Shown in pieces: positions 7,575-15,794 of a stretch of 64,000 bases of DNA. Position 1 is the first letter of the stretch. Each line of letters starts with the position of its first letter. The stretch comes from Nitrospirota bacterium. GTDB lineage: Bacteria > Nitrospirota > UBA9217. The stretch spans positions 13,969-77,968 of the forward strand of contig JAOUEV010000008.1 of NCBI GenBank assembly GCA_029858565.1, in the 5' to 3' direction. The notes under the pieces were generated by a model that saw only the letters and a program-made list of their open reading frames with translations, made no database searches and was not told the DNA's origin. Position numbers and translations under genes: made by a program.

Positions 7575-10146
7575 GCTTAGTTAATACATAGCGTTCCGCT
7601 CCGACCTTTCGGAGTTTGATTCGCAGTCTTGTTACGTGAACATCTATTGCCCGCAGCTCCATGGATAGGCCGTTTCGTGAGATGGCTTCCTTGATCGCGG
7701 CTCGTCCAAAAACTTTGCCTCGGTTTTCCATGAGAAGGCGAAGGAGTCTGAACTCCATGGGGAGGAGATCAACAATCTTGCCTTCAGCCACAACTCGCTC
7801 ACGGTCCAGATCCATTAGTAGCGGGCCGGCGCTGACTATTGATTTTTCAATAGCCGCGTTATATTCTTTCTTTTTCTCCAGGTAATCGGCCATGTCTCTT
7901 TGATATTGTGCTTCCGCATCTGCTTCATCACTCTCAAAAATGATAAGCGGTTTTTCCGGCCGAATCGGTCGTGAATCCTCCAGATATGAAATTTCCTGTA
8001 AAGTACTGTAGCCATCGGTGCCGGTTAGCTGCATCTCGCGATCACGTCGAACGACTTCATCCATGGCAGTTTTTGCGAGACGAAGCACTTTGACTTTTTT
8101 CTTGTCGGTTGTCGTGCAACCGCGAGCAAGATTCACTGCTACTATTCCTGCGGCAAGATGTTCTACGGTTTCAGATGGCGCAACGGCTCGATTGTCCTTC
8201 AAATATGATTTCGCGATTTTCCTTGTGCGGTGTTTATGGGCCAATGCTGCCTTGAGTTCCGCTCTTTCTATGTCCGTTTTAGCGAGCGCCTGGACTGCTC
8301 CCACCAAGTTGGCTTTCCCCAGGTACTCATCCGTTGTGGCATCAAAGACCCAAGCAGTCTGGTAGGCTTGCACATCCCGGCGTAAATAGACTTTGGTCCC
8401 TGTGAGGGCATACATGAATTCGCCAAAGTAAGTGACCTGGAGTTCACTATCTCGCACGCCATTTCTGCCGATCGTGACTTCCTTACTGGTTCTCTGACAA
8501 AATAGTTTTAATGCATCGGCTCCGACCTTTCGCATCTCCGATCGTTCAGCATTCCATACTTCATCCGGACATCTGCCCTGGAGCACCTTTCCATTTGACG
8601 GCATTTTATTAGCGACGGTCATGATATAGACATCCATCAACTTTAGATATTCGTCGTAGGAGAGAATGCGGCCGCTTTTAATTTCTCCGTCAAGGCTATC
8701 CGGTCTTTCGGTGACATTGCCGCCACGGTAGCCTGGCATGTGTTTGCTGAACCATTCCTTGTTGCGCAGAAAATCTCGTTCAATCGGTTTGGTCTGAGCA
8801 TTGTATGGTAGTGCAAAATGAGGAGTGACGCCGAGAAGCGAAAGCATACTGGTCGTTTTCTTCTCGTCAACCGTCACCCGGCCGCGCTTCCGGCCTCCGG
8901 CAAAATCGCGCGATTTATAATCACGGCCATTGTCGATATAAAGCTCTTCCGGCAATCCGTTTTCTTTTACTGTGTAATAGAAGGATTGAAATATATGGTC
9001 GCTATTCGGCGGCTCAGGATGATGCAGCCAGCCAAGCCACTTGGAAGTTTTATAATCGCGCCATGCCGTGATCCATGGAAAACATGCCTTGCCGTTCGGC
9101 AGCATTACCGCGACATCGACTTGAGCGTGATCCCCTACAATGACTTGGCCGGGTTTTATCTGGCTGTAATCACGGTCCACATGCGATGCATATTTTCTAT
9201 TCCAGGCCTCCGGACCAAAGCGAGCCAAAAAGATTGAGCTTTTCGGTATTTCACGCTCGACGCGGCGAAGAAATGCGGACGGTGAGGGGAATCCTTCAAG
9301 TTGAAGCTGCGGATTGAGAGTCCGTGCATATCCGAGGGTACGAGTCCAACACGATTTAACGGAGGGCGCGCCTTCCTTCAGATATGCATTTTTGAAGTAC
9401 TTATAATGGTCATCCTGCACTTTGCTGTTTCCGGCAGAATGACCGTATTTTGCGAGCAGTCCGGCAATGCCTTGCTCAGCATATTTATTTCGTGCATCGA
9501 GAACCGCGTCATAGGATGTTTTCAGGTCAGGCTGAGTGCCGTTCCACTCAGCTACAAATTGCCTGAGGCTTGCACCCTTGAGTCCAGCAGAGGCGCGAAT
9601 GATTTGAAGATATTTATCAGCCTTCTGCCGAGCCCAGCCTGGCGCTGCCGCGTAGAGTTCACTCTCTATCTCTTCGTCGGTCATGGGCCGCAGCGCTGTG
9701 CCGATGTTTACGACTTCGCCTGTTGCGGTGTCGATTAACTCGCCGCTTGCGATTTCTATATTCTTATTGGCATTCTCTGCGGTGATTGATAAAGAGTGCG
9801 CCGGTACAGAAGCAGATGGCACCTGACAAGGAGGAGGCTGCATCTGTACCGGCGCGAGTTGATCAGGGGTGCGGTCGCGAACCCGCTCCTGATCTATAGA
9901 AGATGCAACAGATGACCACAAAGGAGGTTTGTTTTCGCCATCTGTCACATCCATGCTGCCAGGTTGTAAGAAGAGTGCCTTGATGTCTTCGGCAAGACCA
10001 TCAGTCTCAAATTCTTCGGCAACCTTATGGTTAACGATTCTGGTACCGCACGACTGCCAACCTTCCTTTAGCTTGCGCTTTCGGATGGCATGCCAGGTGA
10101 CGCCTTTTCGTTCGGCTATTTCTTTCAGTGTCGCCTTCATGCTCAT
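7540..10146 (-). CDS. MuA-type DDE transposase with a C-terminal fused OmpR/PhoB-type winged-helix DNA-binding domain (868 aa)
   Basis: N-terminal HTH; catalytic VGDH, YIDNGRDY and PIERDF; Mu-transposase C-like region; last about 100 aa LLPMEFRLLRLLMENRGKVFGR...RAIDVHVTRLRIKL...TKRGSGY matches the Trans_reg_C pattern. Confidence 0.9.
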   Translation of the reverse strand: MSMKATLKEIAERKGVTWHAIRKRKLKEGWQSCGTRIVNHKVAEEFETDGLAEDIKALFLQPGSMDVTDGENKPPLWSSVASSIDQERVRDRTPDQLAPVQMQPPPCQVPSASVPAHSLSITAENANKNIEIASGELIDTATGEVVNIGTALRPMTDEEIESELYAAAPGWARQKADKYLQIIRASAGLKGASLRQFVAEWNGTQPDLKTSYDAVLDARNKYAEQGIAGLLAKYGHSAGNSKVQDDHYKYFKNAYLKEGAPSVKSCWTRTLGYARTLNPQLQLEGFPSPSAFLRRVEREIPKSSIFLARFGPEAWNRKYASHVDRDYSQIKPGQVIVGDHAQVDVAVMLPNGKACFPWITAWRDYKTSKWLGWLHHPEPPNSDHIFQSFYYTVKENGLPEELYIDNGRDYKSRDFAGGRKRGRVTVDEKKTTSMLSLLGVTPHFALPYNAQTKPIERDFLRNKEWFSKHMPGYRGGNVTERPDSLDGEIKSGRILSYDEYLKLMDVYIMTVANKMPSNGKVLQGRCPDEVWNAERSEMRKVGADALKLFCQRTSKEVTIGRNGVRDSELQVTYFGEFMYALTGTKVYLRRDVQAYQTAWVFDATTDEYLGKANLVGAVQALAKTDIERAELKAALAHKHRTRKIAKSYLKDNRAVAPSETVEHLAAGIVAVNLARGCTTTDKKKVKVLRLAKTAMDEVVRRDREMQLTGTDGYSTLQEISYLEDSRPIRPEKPLIIFESDEADAEAQYQRDMADYLEKKKEYNAAIEKSIVSAGPLLMDLDRERVVAEGKIVDLLPMEFRLLRLLMENRGKVFGRAAIKEAISRNGLSMELRAIDVHVTRLRIKLRKVGAERYVLTKRGSGYFFSEED

Positions 10147-10211
10147 CCTGTGTTTTAATAGTCGTTGCGTACTCGCTCAAAATACGATACAATCGTGTTC
10201 ATTGCGGGCAA

Positions 10212-10460
10212 CTATGCCTTCTGTTGATTGCCATCAGGCCACAGCTCGGAGATCCTCATCCGAAGTGCGGCCGCAATGGAGCGGCGTATTCGCTGCCCGC
10301 GCCTGCGCCCGTGAATAACAAAGGACACATATGCTTTTGTGACATGTTCTCTTTCTGCGATTTGGAGGCCAGTAACTCCCCTTAACACCATTATTGATTT
10401 TATGTTCCTCGCCCCCAGGACGCCGGAACGTGTGCTTTTTTTAAGTAGCTTTTTCGACAT
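10212..10460 (-). CDS. Ner-like HTH transcriptional regulator
   Basis: IKSIMVLRGVTGLQIAE...IRRSIAAALRMRISELWP; lies between the repressor and transposase as in Mu. Confidence 0.7.
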   Translation of the reverse strand: MSKKLLKKSTRSGVLGARNIKSIMVLRGVTGLQIAEREHVTKAYVSFVIHGRRRGQRIRRSIAAALRMRISELWPDGNQQKA

Positions 10461-10596
10461 GTGTTTTTCCACCCTTGCTCCGTATGAATCGCTCCTGATG
10501 GCAATGTAGTAGTTAACCGATATACTATGGAATCTAACAACAAGCGGCTTGGGGTAAGCCACATTGTGTTAACCTGTATATCATGTTGTAGGTATG

Positions 10597-10625
10597 AATA
10601 TAGTCACAAAATATGACAATGTCAA
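10597..10625 (-). promoter_or_regulatory. Sigma-70 promoter for the ner-transposase operon, with a palindromic operator in the spacer
   Basis: Minus strand TTGACA-17 bp-TATATT; GTCA-N7-TGAC palindrome at 10603-10617; overlaps the repressor start. Confidence 0.6.
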
Positions 10626-11077
10626 CAACAAAATTCATATTAACTGACATTATTAAACGCATCAAACAGCGCGAATTAATCCGCAGTGACGTTAAGGTCG
10701 CTGAATTACTAGGATTAGAGCGCACTGCATTTGCTGAGAGAAAGCGCAGGAATAGTATTCCGTACAAAGAATTAGTCATATATTGTGAACGAACCGGAAC
10801 CAATATGCATTATCTTCTTACCGGAGAAGGTTTGGATATTAATGCTGCGCTTAGAACAGTTCCGTTAGAACTGCGAAATAAACAGCTGTACTACATTGGA
10901 AGATGGGTGGATGTGTTTTGGGAAAAAGCCACAGAAGAAGAGCGGGCATGGCTTTATGTGGAACTCCAAAGGGTATTCCCTGAATTTAAAAAATGGATAC
11001 AGGAAGAAGAGGCAGAACTTGAAAGGTCTTTCAATGAATTTTCGAACACTGAAAAACCGGAAGGTGGCGATCAATGA
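10613..11077 (+). CDS. Phage CI-like repressor (Phage_CI_repr-type HTH)
   Basis: DVKVAELLGLERTAFAERKRRNSIPY...NMHYLLTGEG; divergent from ner. Confidence 0.8.
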   Translation: MTMSTTKFILTDIIKRIKQRELIRSDVKVAELLGLERTAFAERKRRNSIPYKELVIYCERTGTNMHYLLTGEGLDINAALRTVPLELRNKQLYYIGRWVDVFWEKATEEERAWLYVELQRVFPEFKKWIQEEEAELERSFNEFSNTEKPEGGDQ

Positions 11078-11700
11078 AGATAGTGATCTTCTGCATCATC
11101 ACGACAATGTTTTTTTCGGGATGCGCGTCGAAGAGAACTTTCACTCAAGATGAATGGACCAGGATCACCACTCGGGAATATAGTGGTAGGTCAGCCACGG
11201 AAGTTTTTGATGCAATCGAAAAGGTTCTTCGCCTTGCCGATGAATCTGATGTGAAAATATACCGGTGGCCGGATCGCCTTATAGCAACGAGGTCATATCT
11301 TATCTACGCTGTGCTCGCAGCAACGAACGGACTATATACATTCGACATTCATACAGTGCCAGGAGAATCAGGCACAAAAGTCGTTGCTATTATTACGCTC
11401 ACCGCAGGAACAATAGCAGGAGCGCCGACAGCCTACAATCCAACGATTATCACGACCCCTTCAGCGGGCGGCATGGTTATGGATAATCCGGAAACCTATG
11501 ATCTGTTCTTCTCCCGAGTAAAGTATTTCCTCAACGGGGGAGTCTGGGTAACCTGTGAGCGTGCCACAGAAATGTACCGAGATAGCCCATCCGGTGCACT
11601 CGATGGTTTATGTTTAATGAGTGATGATGACCTTCCGGAAGAAATGCGGCAGTCTACCGAAGGAAACAACTCCTGGCGATCTCGCCGCGCGCGTCGTTGA
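11074..11700 (+). CDS. Lipoprotein of unknown function (element cargo)
   Basis: Signal peptide with lipobox FSGC; ATGA overlap with the repressor stop. Confidence 0.75.
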   Translation: MKIVIFCIITTMFFSGCASKRTFTQDEWTRITTREYSGRSATEVFDAIEKVLRLADESDVKIYRWPDRLIATRSYLIYAVLAATNGLYTFDIHTVPGESGTKVVAIITLTAGTIAGAPTAYNPTIITTPSAGGMVMDNPETYDLFFSRVKYFLNGGVWVTCERATEMYRDSPSGALDGLCLMSDDDLPEEMRQSTEGNNSWRSRRARR

Positions 11701-11726
11701 TGTTTTAGTATTTAAAGGAGACATTC

Positions 11727-12041
11727 ATGGAACTGACAAAGCCAAGAGCGCAGGAGAAAAAGGTAAGAGATAAGATCATCGCAGCGCTACGAGAATATAG
11801 ACCACAGGATGACATAGCTTTCTCAAAATTCACAAACGATAGAATCCCTGATGAGTTCTACCATAAAGAAATAACGAAAGCAGGGATTGAACAGGGATTA
11901 GAGTGTCTTCGTCTAATCAATAATATGAGCGGTCTCTCAGCAGGAGACTTTGATCTGCTCACGCTTTTGGAACACTACATTTTAAATCTTGATTCCCGCG
12001 ATGCAATAAACAAGGTTCTCAATGCAAGGCGTGGACGCTGA
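11727..12041 (+). CDS. Hypothetical protein
   Basis: 104-aa ORF with AAGGAG RBS. Confidence 0.65.
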   Translation: MELTKPRAQEKKVRDKIIAALREYRPQDDIAFSKFTNDRIPDEFYHKEITKAGIEQGLECLRLINNMSGLSAGDFDLLTLLEHYILNLDSRDAINKVLNARRGR

Positions 12042-12148
12042 TTCTTTTTGGAACTGTGTACCTGGATCCCGACTGCTCATTACGCTTACATTCAGTGATG
12101 ATCGTAGCGCCGCCTGCTCTCCCAGCCGATACCGTCCATATTCCTTGC

Positions 12149-12201
12149 AGGTTACATAGGTCACATAGGTTACAATGGGGCTATGTAACCAGTTACAAAG
12201 G
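12149..12201. repeat. Cluster of GGTTACA/TGTAACC motifs inside the right end of the element
   Basis: AGGTTACAT-AGGTCACAT-AGGTTACAA (9-bp period), inverted ATGTAACC at 12183, and GTTACAAAGG (12192-12201) inverted relative to CCTTTGTAAC (12416-12425). Confidence 0.7.
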
Positions 12202-12341
12202 TGAGTGCCGGAACAAGCGCGCTTAAATATTAAAAAGCCTTGCGTTAAACGATATTTAAACGGTCATCAAAATTTATCGCGCGATTTGAGAAAGTTGAAG
12301 ACTGCCCGCGCAATAATGTAAAAAACGTGTACTTCCGGAAA

Positions 12342-12356
12342 AAAATGGCAAACTGA
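12342..12356 (-). repeat. Inverted copy of the left-end transposase-binding motif
   Basis: AAAATGGCAAACTGA is the exact reverse complement of 675-689. Confidence 0.75.
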
Positions 12357-12479
12357 TCCCGCCGCGTTTTTTTCTCGATTCCATCCTTAATATCAATACG
12401 TTATAAGCACACCTCCCTTTGTAACCAATAAAGAGAATTACCTGAAAAAGCATAGTAGAGGGCAGAAAATTTATCGTTG

Positions 12480-12499
12480 TTGTAATCTTCCTGTAACAT
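12480..12499 (+). promoter_or_regulatory. Pho-box-like direct repeat upstream of pstS
   Basis: TGTAAT-N5-TGTAAC (11-bp period, 12481 and 12492), followed by TATAAC near 12508 as a possible -10; standard position for PhoB sites. Confidence 0.7.
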
Positions 12500-12549
12500 T
12501 CAGCGGTTATAACATTTCCATGATAAACTCATCAAGGAGGCATATACAT

Positions 12550-13557
12550 ATGAAGCATCTGTTGATCGCGATTGCGATTCTTTCGGCCTTAACCCTTTCC
12601 CCGGCAGCCCACGCCATCGAGACCCTGAACGGCGCTGGAGCCACGTTCCCCTATCCGGTCTACTCGGCCTGGGCCTATGACTACAGCAAGGTGGCGGGTA
12701 TTCAGCTCAACTACCAGTCGATCGGTTCCGGCGGGGGTATCAAGCAGATCTCGGAGCGTACCGTGCATTTCGGCGCGTCCGACAAGCCGCTTACCCCCGA
12801 GGAACTTAAAAAGGACAACCTGCTCCAGTTCCCCGCGGTCATCGGCGGCGTGGTCCTGGTCGTGAACGTTCCGGGGGTGAAGTCCGGAGACCTGAAGCTT
12901 GATGGTTCCGCGACCTGCGGCATCTTCCTTGGGGAGATCAAGACCTGGAACGATCCCAGGATCAAGACCCTGAACCCGGGGCTCGGCCTGCCTGACTCGG
13001 CCATCACCGTGGTGCGCCGGTCCGACGGCTCCGGAACCACCTCCATATTCACCGACTATCTCACCAACGCCTGCCCGGCATGGAAAGCAAAGGTCGGCAG
13101 CGGCACCTCGGTCAACTGGCCCATAGGCATCGGCGGCAAAGGCAATGAAGGCGTGGCGAACTACGTGAAACGTTCGGCCAACTCCATCGGCTATGTGGAG
13201 TTCGCTTATGCAAAGCAGAACAAGATGGTCCACACCAAGCTCAAGAACAAGGCCGGCTCGTTCGTTGAGCCGAACTTCGAGAGCTTCGAGGACGCGGCAA
13301 AGACCGGAGACTTTGATCCGAAAAAGGATTTTTTCCTCTGGCTCACCAACGCGCCGGGAAAGAACGCCTGGCCCATTGCCGGTGCGACCTTCATCCTGCT
13401 GGCCGGCGACAAGAAGGACGTGAACACCCGGGTTGTCAAGTTCTTTGACTGGGCATTCCAGAACGGCGATGCCAAGGCAAAGGAGCTGGTCTATGTGCCT
13501 CTGCCCAAGACGCTCAAGGACAAGGTGCGGCAGTACTGGAAAATAAAGGGAATATAG
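12550..13557 (+). CDS. pstS: Phosphate ABC transporter substrate-binding protein
   Basis: GAGATFPYP, NYQSIGSGGG, RRSDGSGT, IGYVE; AAGGAGG RBS. Confidence 0.97.
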   Translation: MKHLLIAIAILSALTLSPAAHAIETLNGAGATFPYPVYSAWAYDYSKVAGIQLNYQSIGSGGGIKQISERTVHFGASDKPLTPEELKKDNLLQFPAVIGGVVLVVNVPGVKSGDLKLDGSATCGIFLGEIKTWNDPRIKTLNPGLGLPDSAITVVRRSDGSGTTSIFTDYLTNACPAWKAKVGSGTSVNWPIGIGGKGNEGVANYVKRSANSIGYVEFAYAKQNKMVHTKLKNKAGSFVEPNFESFEDAAKTGDFDPKKDFFLWLTNAPGKNAWPIAGATFILLAGDKKDVNTRVVKFFDWAFQNGDAKAKELVYVPLPKTLKDKVRQYWKIKGI

Positions 13558-13560
13558 AAC

Positions 13561-13601
13561 CGACAATGGACAATAGCGACAGGTCGACAGCAAATCGACA
13601 A
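13561..13601. repeat. Short cluster of CGACA(A/G) units after pstS
   Basis: Units at 13561, 13568 (GGACAA), 13577, 13585 and 13596; same core as the 411-527 array. Confidence 0.55.
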
Positions 13602-13644
13602 CTGAAAAGGACGTTCTCGCGCTGAGGCGAACGTCAAACGATTA

Positions 13645-13801
13645 TCTCGCGCAAAGCCGCCAAGCCGCAAAGAAAGACCTATGCTTCGGTTTAAAAACGG
13701 ACTTGGTAATTTCAGGTCGTCTTCGTAGAAGTAAAAAACGTATGTTGAGATTCCAGAACAAGATTCAGGTTTCCTTTGCGTCTTTGCGGCTTTGCGCGAG
13801 A
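13645..13801. repeat. Intergenic inverted repeat built from about 8-bp units (REP-like)
   Basis: TCTCGCGCAAAGCCGCCAAGCCGCAAAG ... CTTTGCGTCTTTGCGGCTTTGCGCGAGA. Confidence 0.75.
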
Positions 13802-13865
13802 CAGCCCTTGGCAGTTGATTTTCGCGCGGTCTTTGGTGAAACTGTTACAAGGATTTGAGGTCCCC

Positions 13866-14807
13866 GTGCCCATCTTCTCGAAAAAGAACTCCATCGACAT
13901 CGCCTTCTCCACGATCACCGCGGTCGCGGCCCTGACCGTCCTCGTCGTGATCTGCGGCATCGTCGCGGTTCTCTTCAAGGAGTCCTGGCCTGCTATCCAG
14001 AAGTTCGGGTTCTTCAGGTTCCTGTTCACGGTCGAGTGGAACCCCGTGACCTCGGTCTTCGGAGCTGCCAGCGCTGTCTACGGCACGATCGTGACGACCG
14101 GCATCGCCCTGCTCATAGCATTTCCGACGGCGGTAGGCATCGCCATCTTCGTGACCGAGATCGCGCCGAATGCGCTCAAGGGCCCCATCGGAGCGGCCAT
14201 CGAGCTGCTCGCGGCCATACCGAGCATCATCTACGGCATGTGGGGCCTTTTCACCCTCGCGCCGATCATGTCGCAGTACATTGAGCCTTTTCTCCAGAAG
14301 TATCTGGGCAACCTTCCGTTATTTAAAACGCTGCTCGCGGGAACGCCCATGGGCATCGACCTTTTGACAGCAAGCGTGATCCTGTCGATCATGATCATCC
14401 CCTTTACCGCCAGCATCGCCCGCGACGCGTTCAACCTCACGCCGGGAGTGGTGAAGGAATCAGCCTATGCCATGGGCGCAACGCAGTGGGAAGTGGTAAA
14501 GGACGTGGTCATCCCCCATGCAAAGCTCGGGGTCTTCGGCGGTGCGGCGCTGTCCCTGGGCAGGGCGCTCGGCGAGACCATGGCCGTAGCTTTCGTGCTC
14601 GGGAACAACCACAAGATCGCAACCTCGCTCTTTGACGCGGCCTCCACGATCACCGTGACCCTGGCGAACGAGTTCGCTGAAGCGGACAGCGATATGTATC
14701 TGTCGTCGCTTTATTATCTCGCGCTGGTGCTCTTCGGATTGAGTTTCATCACCCTGGCGGTGGCGAAGCTGTTCCTGCTCCGGGCCGAGGGAAAACATAG
14801 CCGTTGA
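13866..14807 (+). CDS. pstC: Phosphate ABC transporter permease
   Basis: IELLAAIPSIIYGMWG, RALGETMAV; GTG start after GAGG. Confidence 0.95.
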   Translation: MPIFSKKNSIDIAFSTITAVAALTVLVVICGIVAVLFKESWPAIQKFGFFRFLFTVEWNPVTSVFGAASAVYGTIVTTGIALLIAFPTAVGIAIFVTEIAPNALKGPIGAAIELLAAIPSIIYGMWGLFTLAPIMSQYIEPFLQKYLGNLPLFKTLLAGTPMGIDLLTASVILSIMIIPFTASIARDAFNLTPGVVKESAYAMGATQWEVVKDVVIPHAKLGVFGGAALSLGRALGETMAVAFVLGNNHKIATSLFDAASTITVTLANEFAEADSDMYLSSLYYLALVLFGLSFITLAVAKLFLLRAEGKHSR

Positions 14808-14816
14808 GGACCATTT

Positions 14817-14935
14817 TCACCACGGAGTCACGGAGACACGGAGAACGGCAGCATCATCGACTGATATCCGGTCTTTATCTTTAAACACAAGTCCAAGGAA
14901 GTTGTTTCACTCCGTGTCGACCTGCCTCCGTGGTT
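14817..14935. repeat. Intergenic inverted repeat (CACGGAG units)
   Basis: CACCACGGAGTCACGGAGACACGGAG ... CTCCGTGTCG..CTCCGTGGT. Confidence 0.7.
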
Positions 14936-14951
14936 GATTAGTTTTGACGTT

Positions 14952-15794
14952 ATGAAAAGAGAACACTACAGAAAGATCATCAACTACTCCGCCCTCTCCC
15001 TGAGCGGCCTGGCGGCCCTGGCAGGGCTGTTCTGGCTCGTCTTCATCCTCGGGGACGTACTGGTCCACGGCATCGGCGCGCTCAGGTTCGAGCTGTTCCT
15101 GCAGGACCCGGTGCCCGCGGGCATGACCGGCGGTGGATTGCGGAACGCCTTTATCGGCCAGCTCATGATCACCTTCTTCGCAACGCTCATCGGCGTGCCG
15201 GTCGGCGTTCTCGGGGGGACTTTCCTTGCCGAGTACGCCCGGGGAACCACGTTCGCCCGGGTGATCAGCGTGCTTTCGGACATCATGGTGAGCGTGCCAT
15301 CCATCGTGATCGGCGCGTTCGTGTACGCGGTCCTGGTCAAGCCGCTGCACCACTTCAGCGGATGGGCCGGCGCGGTCGCACTGGCGGTCATCATGATACC
15401 GGTGGTGCTCAGGACGACCGAGGACATGCTGACCCTCGTGCCCTGGACCGTCCGCGAAGCTGCCTTCGCCCTCGGCGCTCCCTATTACAAAGTGATACTG
15501 CAGGTCGTGTACCGGGGCGCCGCGACCGGGATCCTGACCGGCGTGCTTCTCTCCATGGCCCGCGTGGCAGGCGAGACAGCACCGCTCCTGTTCACGTCCT
15601 TTAACAACACCTTTTACTCGACCGATATGAACGGCCCCGTGGCATCGCTCACGGTCACGATCTTTCAGTACGCCATGGGTCCTTATGATGACTGGCACCA
15701 GCAGGCCTGGGCAGCGTCCTTTGTCATCACGCTCTTCATCCTGATGCTCACGGTCTCGGGCAGGATGCTGCTTAAATGGAGGTACAAGAAGTGA
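14952..15794 (+). CDS. pstA: Phosphate ABC transporter permease
   Basis: [27 protein letters not shown]. Confidence 0.95.
   Translation: MKREHYRKIINYSALSLSGLAALAGLFWLVFILGDVLVHGIGALRFELFLQDPVPAGMTGGGLRNAFIGQLMITFFATLIGVPVGVLGGTFLAEYARGTTFARVISVLSDIMVSVPSIVIGAFVYAVLVKPLHHFSGWAGAVALAVIMIPVVLRTTEDMLTLVPWTVREAAFALGAPYYKVILQVVYRGAATGILTGVLLSMARVAGETAPLLFTSFNNTFYSTDMNGPVASLTVTIFQYAMGPYDDWHQQAWAASFVITLFILMLTVSGRMLLKWRYKK

Larger units (their letters stand above)
640..12454. mobile_element. Mu-like transposable element (defective prophage or satellite-like), 11,815 bp, 5-bp TSD GTAGA, termini TAT...ATA
   Basis: GTAGA at 635-639 and 12455-12459; subterminal inverted 15-mer TCAGTTTGCCATTTT (675-689 vs 12342-12356); MuA-type transposase, Ner, CI, GemA and Mor genes; lower GC than the host. 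Confidence 0.85.

Noticed and set aside
7540-7840. Separate host phoB gene remnant accidentally adjacent to the transposase
   Set aside because: It is in frame with the transposase with no stop codon, has no receiver domain, has element-like composition and lies mid-element, 4.6 kb from the pst-side end.
646-12452. Canonical TG...CA termini (TG at 646, CA at 12451-12452)
   Set aside because: The flanks (ATAAC versus TAGTA) give no target duplication and do not restore the hairpin, whereas 640/12454 does both.
640-12454. Complete inducible Mu-like prophage, or a Tn7/CAST element
   Set aside because: There are no head, packaging, lysis or most tail genes, and no TnsC/TniQ or cas genes between the two defined ends.
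13835-13852. Second Pho box before pstC (GTGAAACTGTTACA)
   Set aside because: It is a single good half-site in reverse orientation without an 11-bp partner.
13776-13865. N-terminal extensions of pstC (likewise mtnA 25945 and cimA 51243)
   Set aside because: The extensions run through intergenic repeat arms; downstream starts fit family lengths better.
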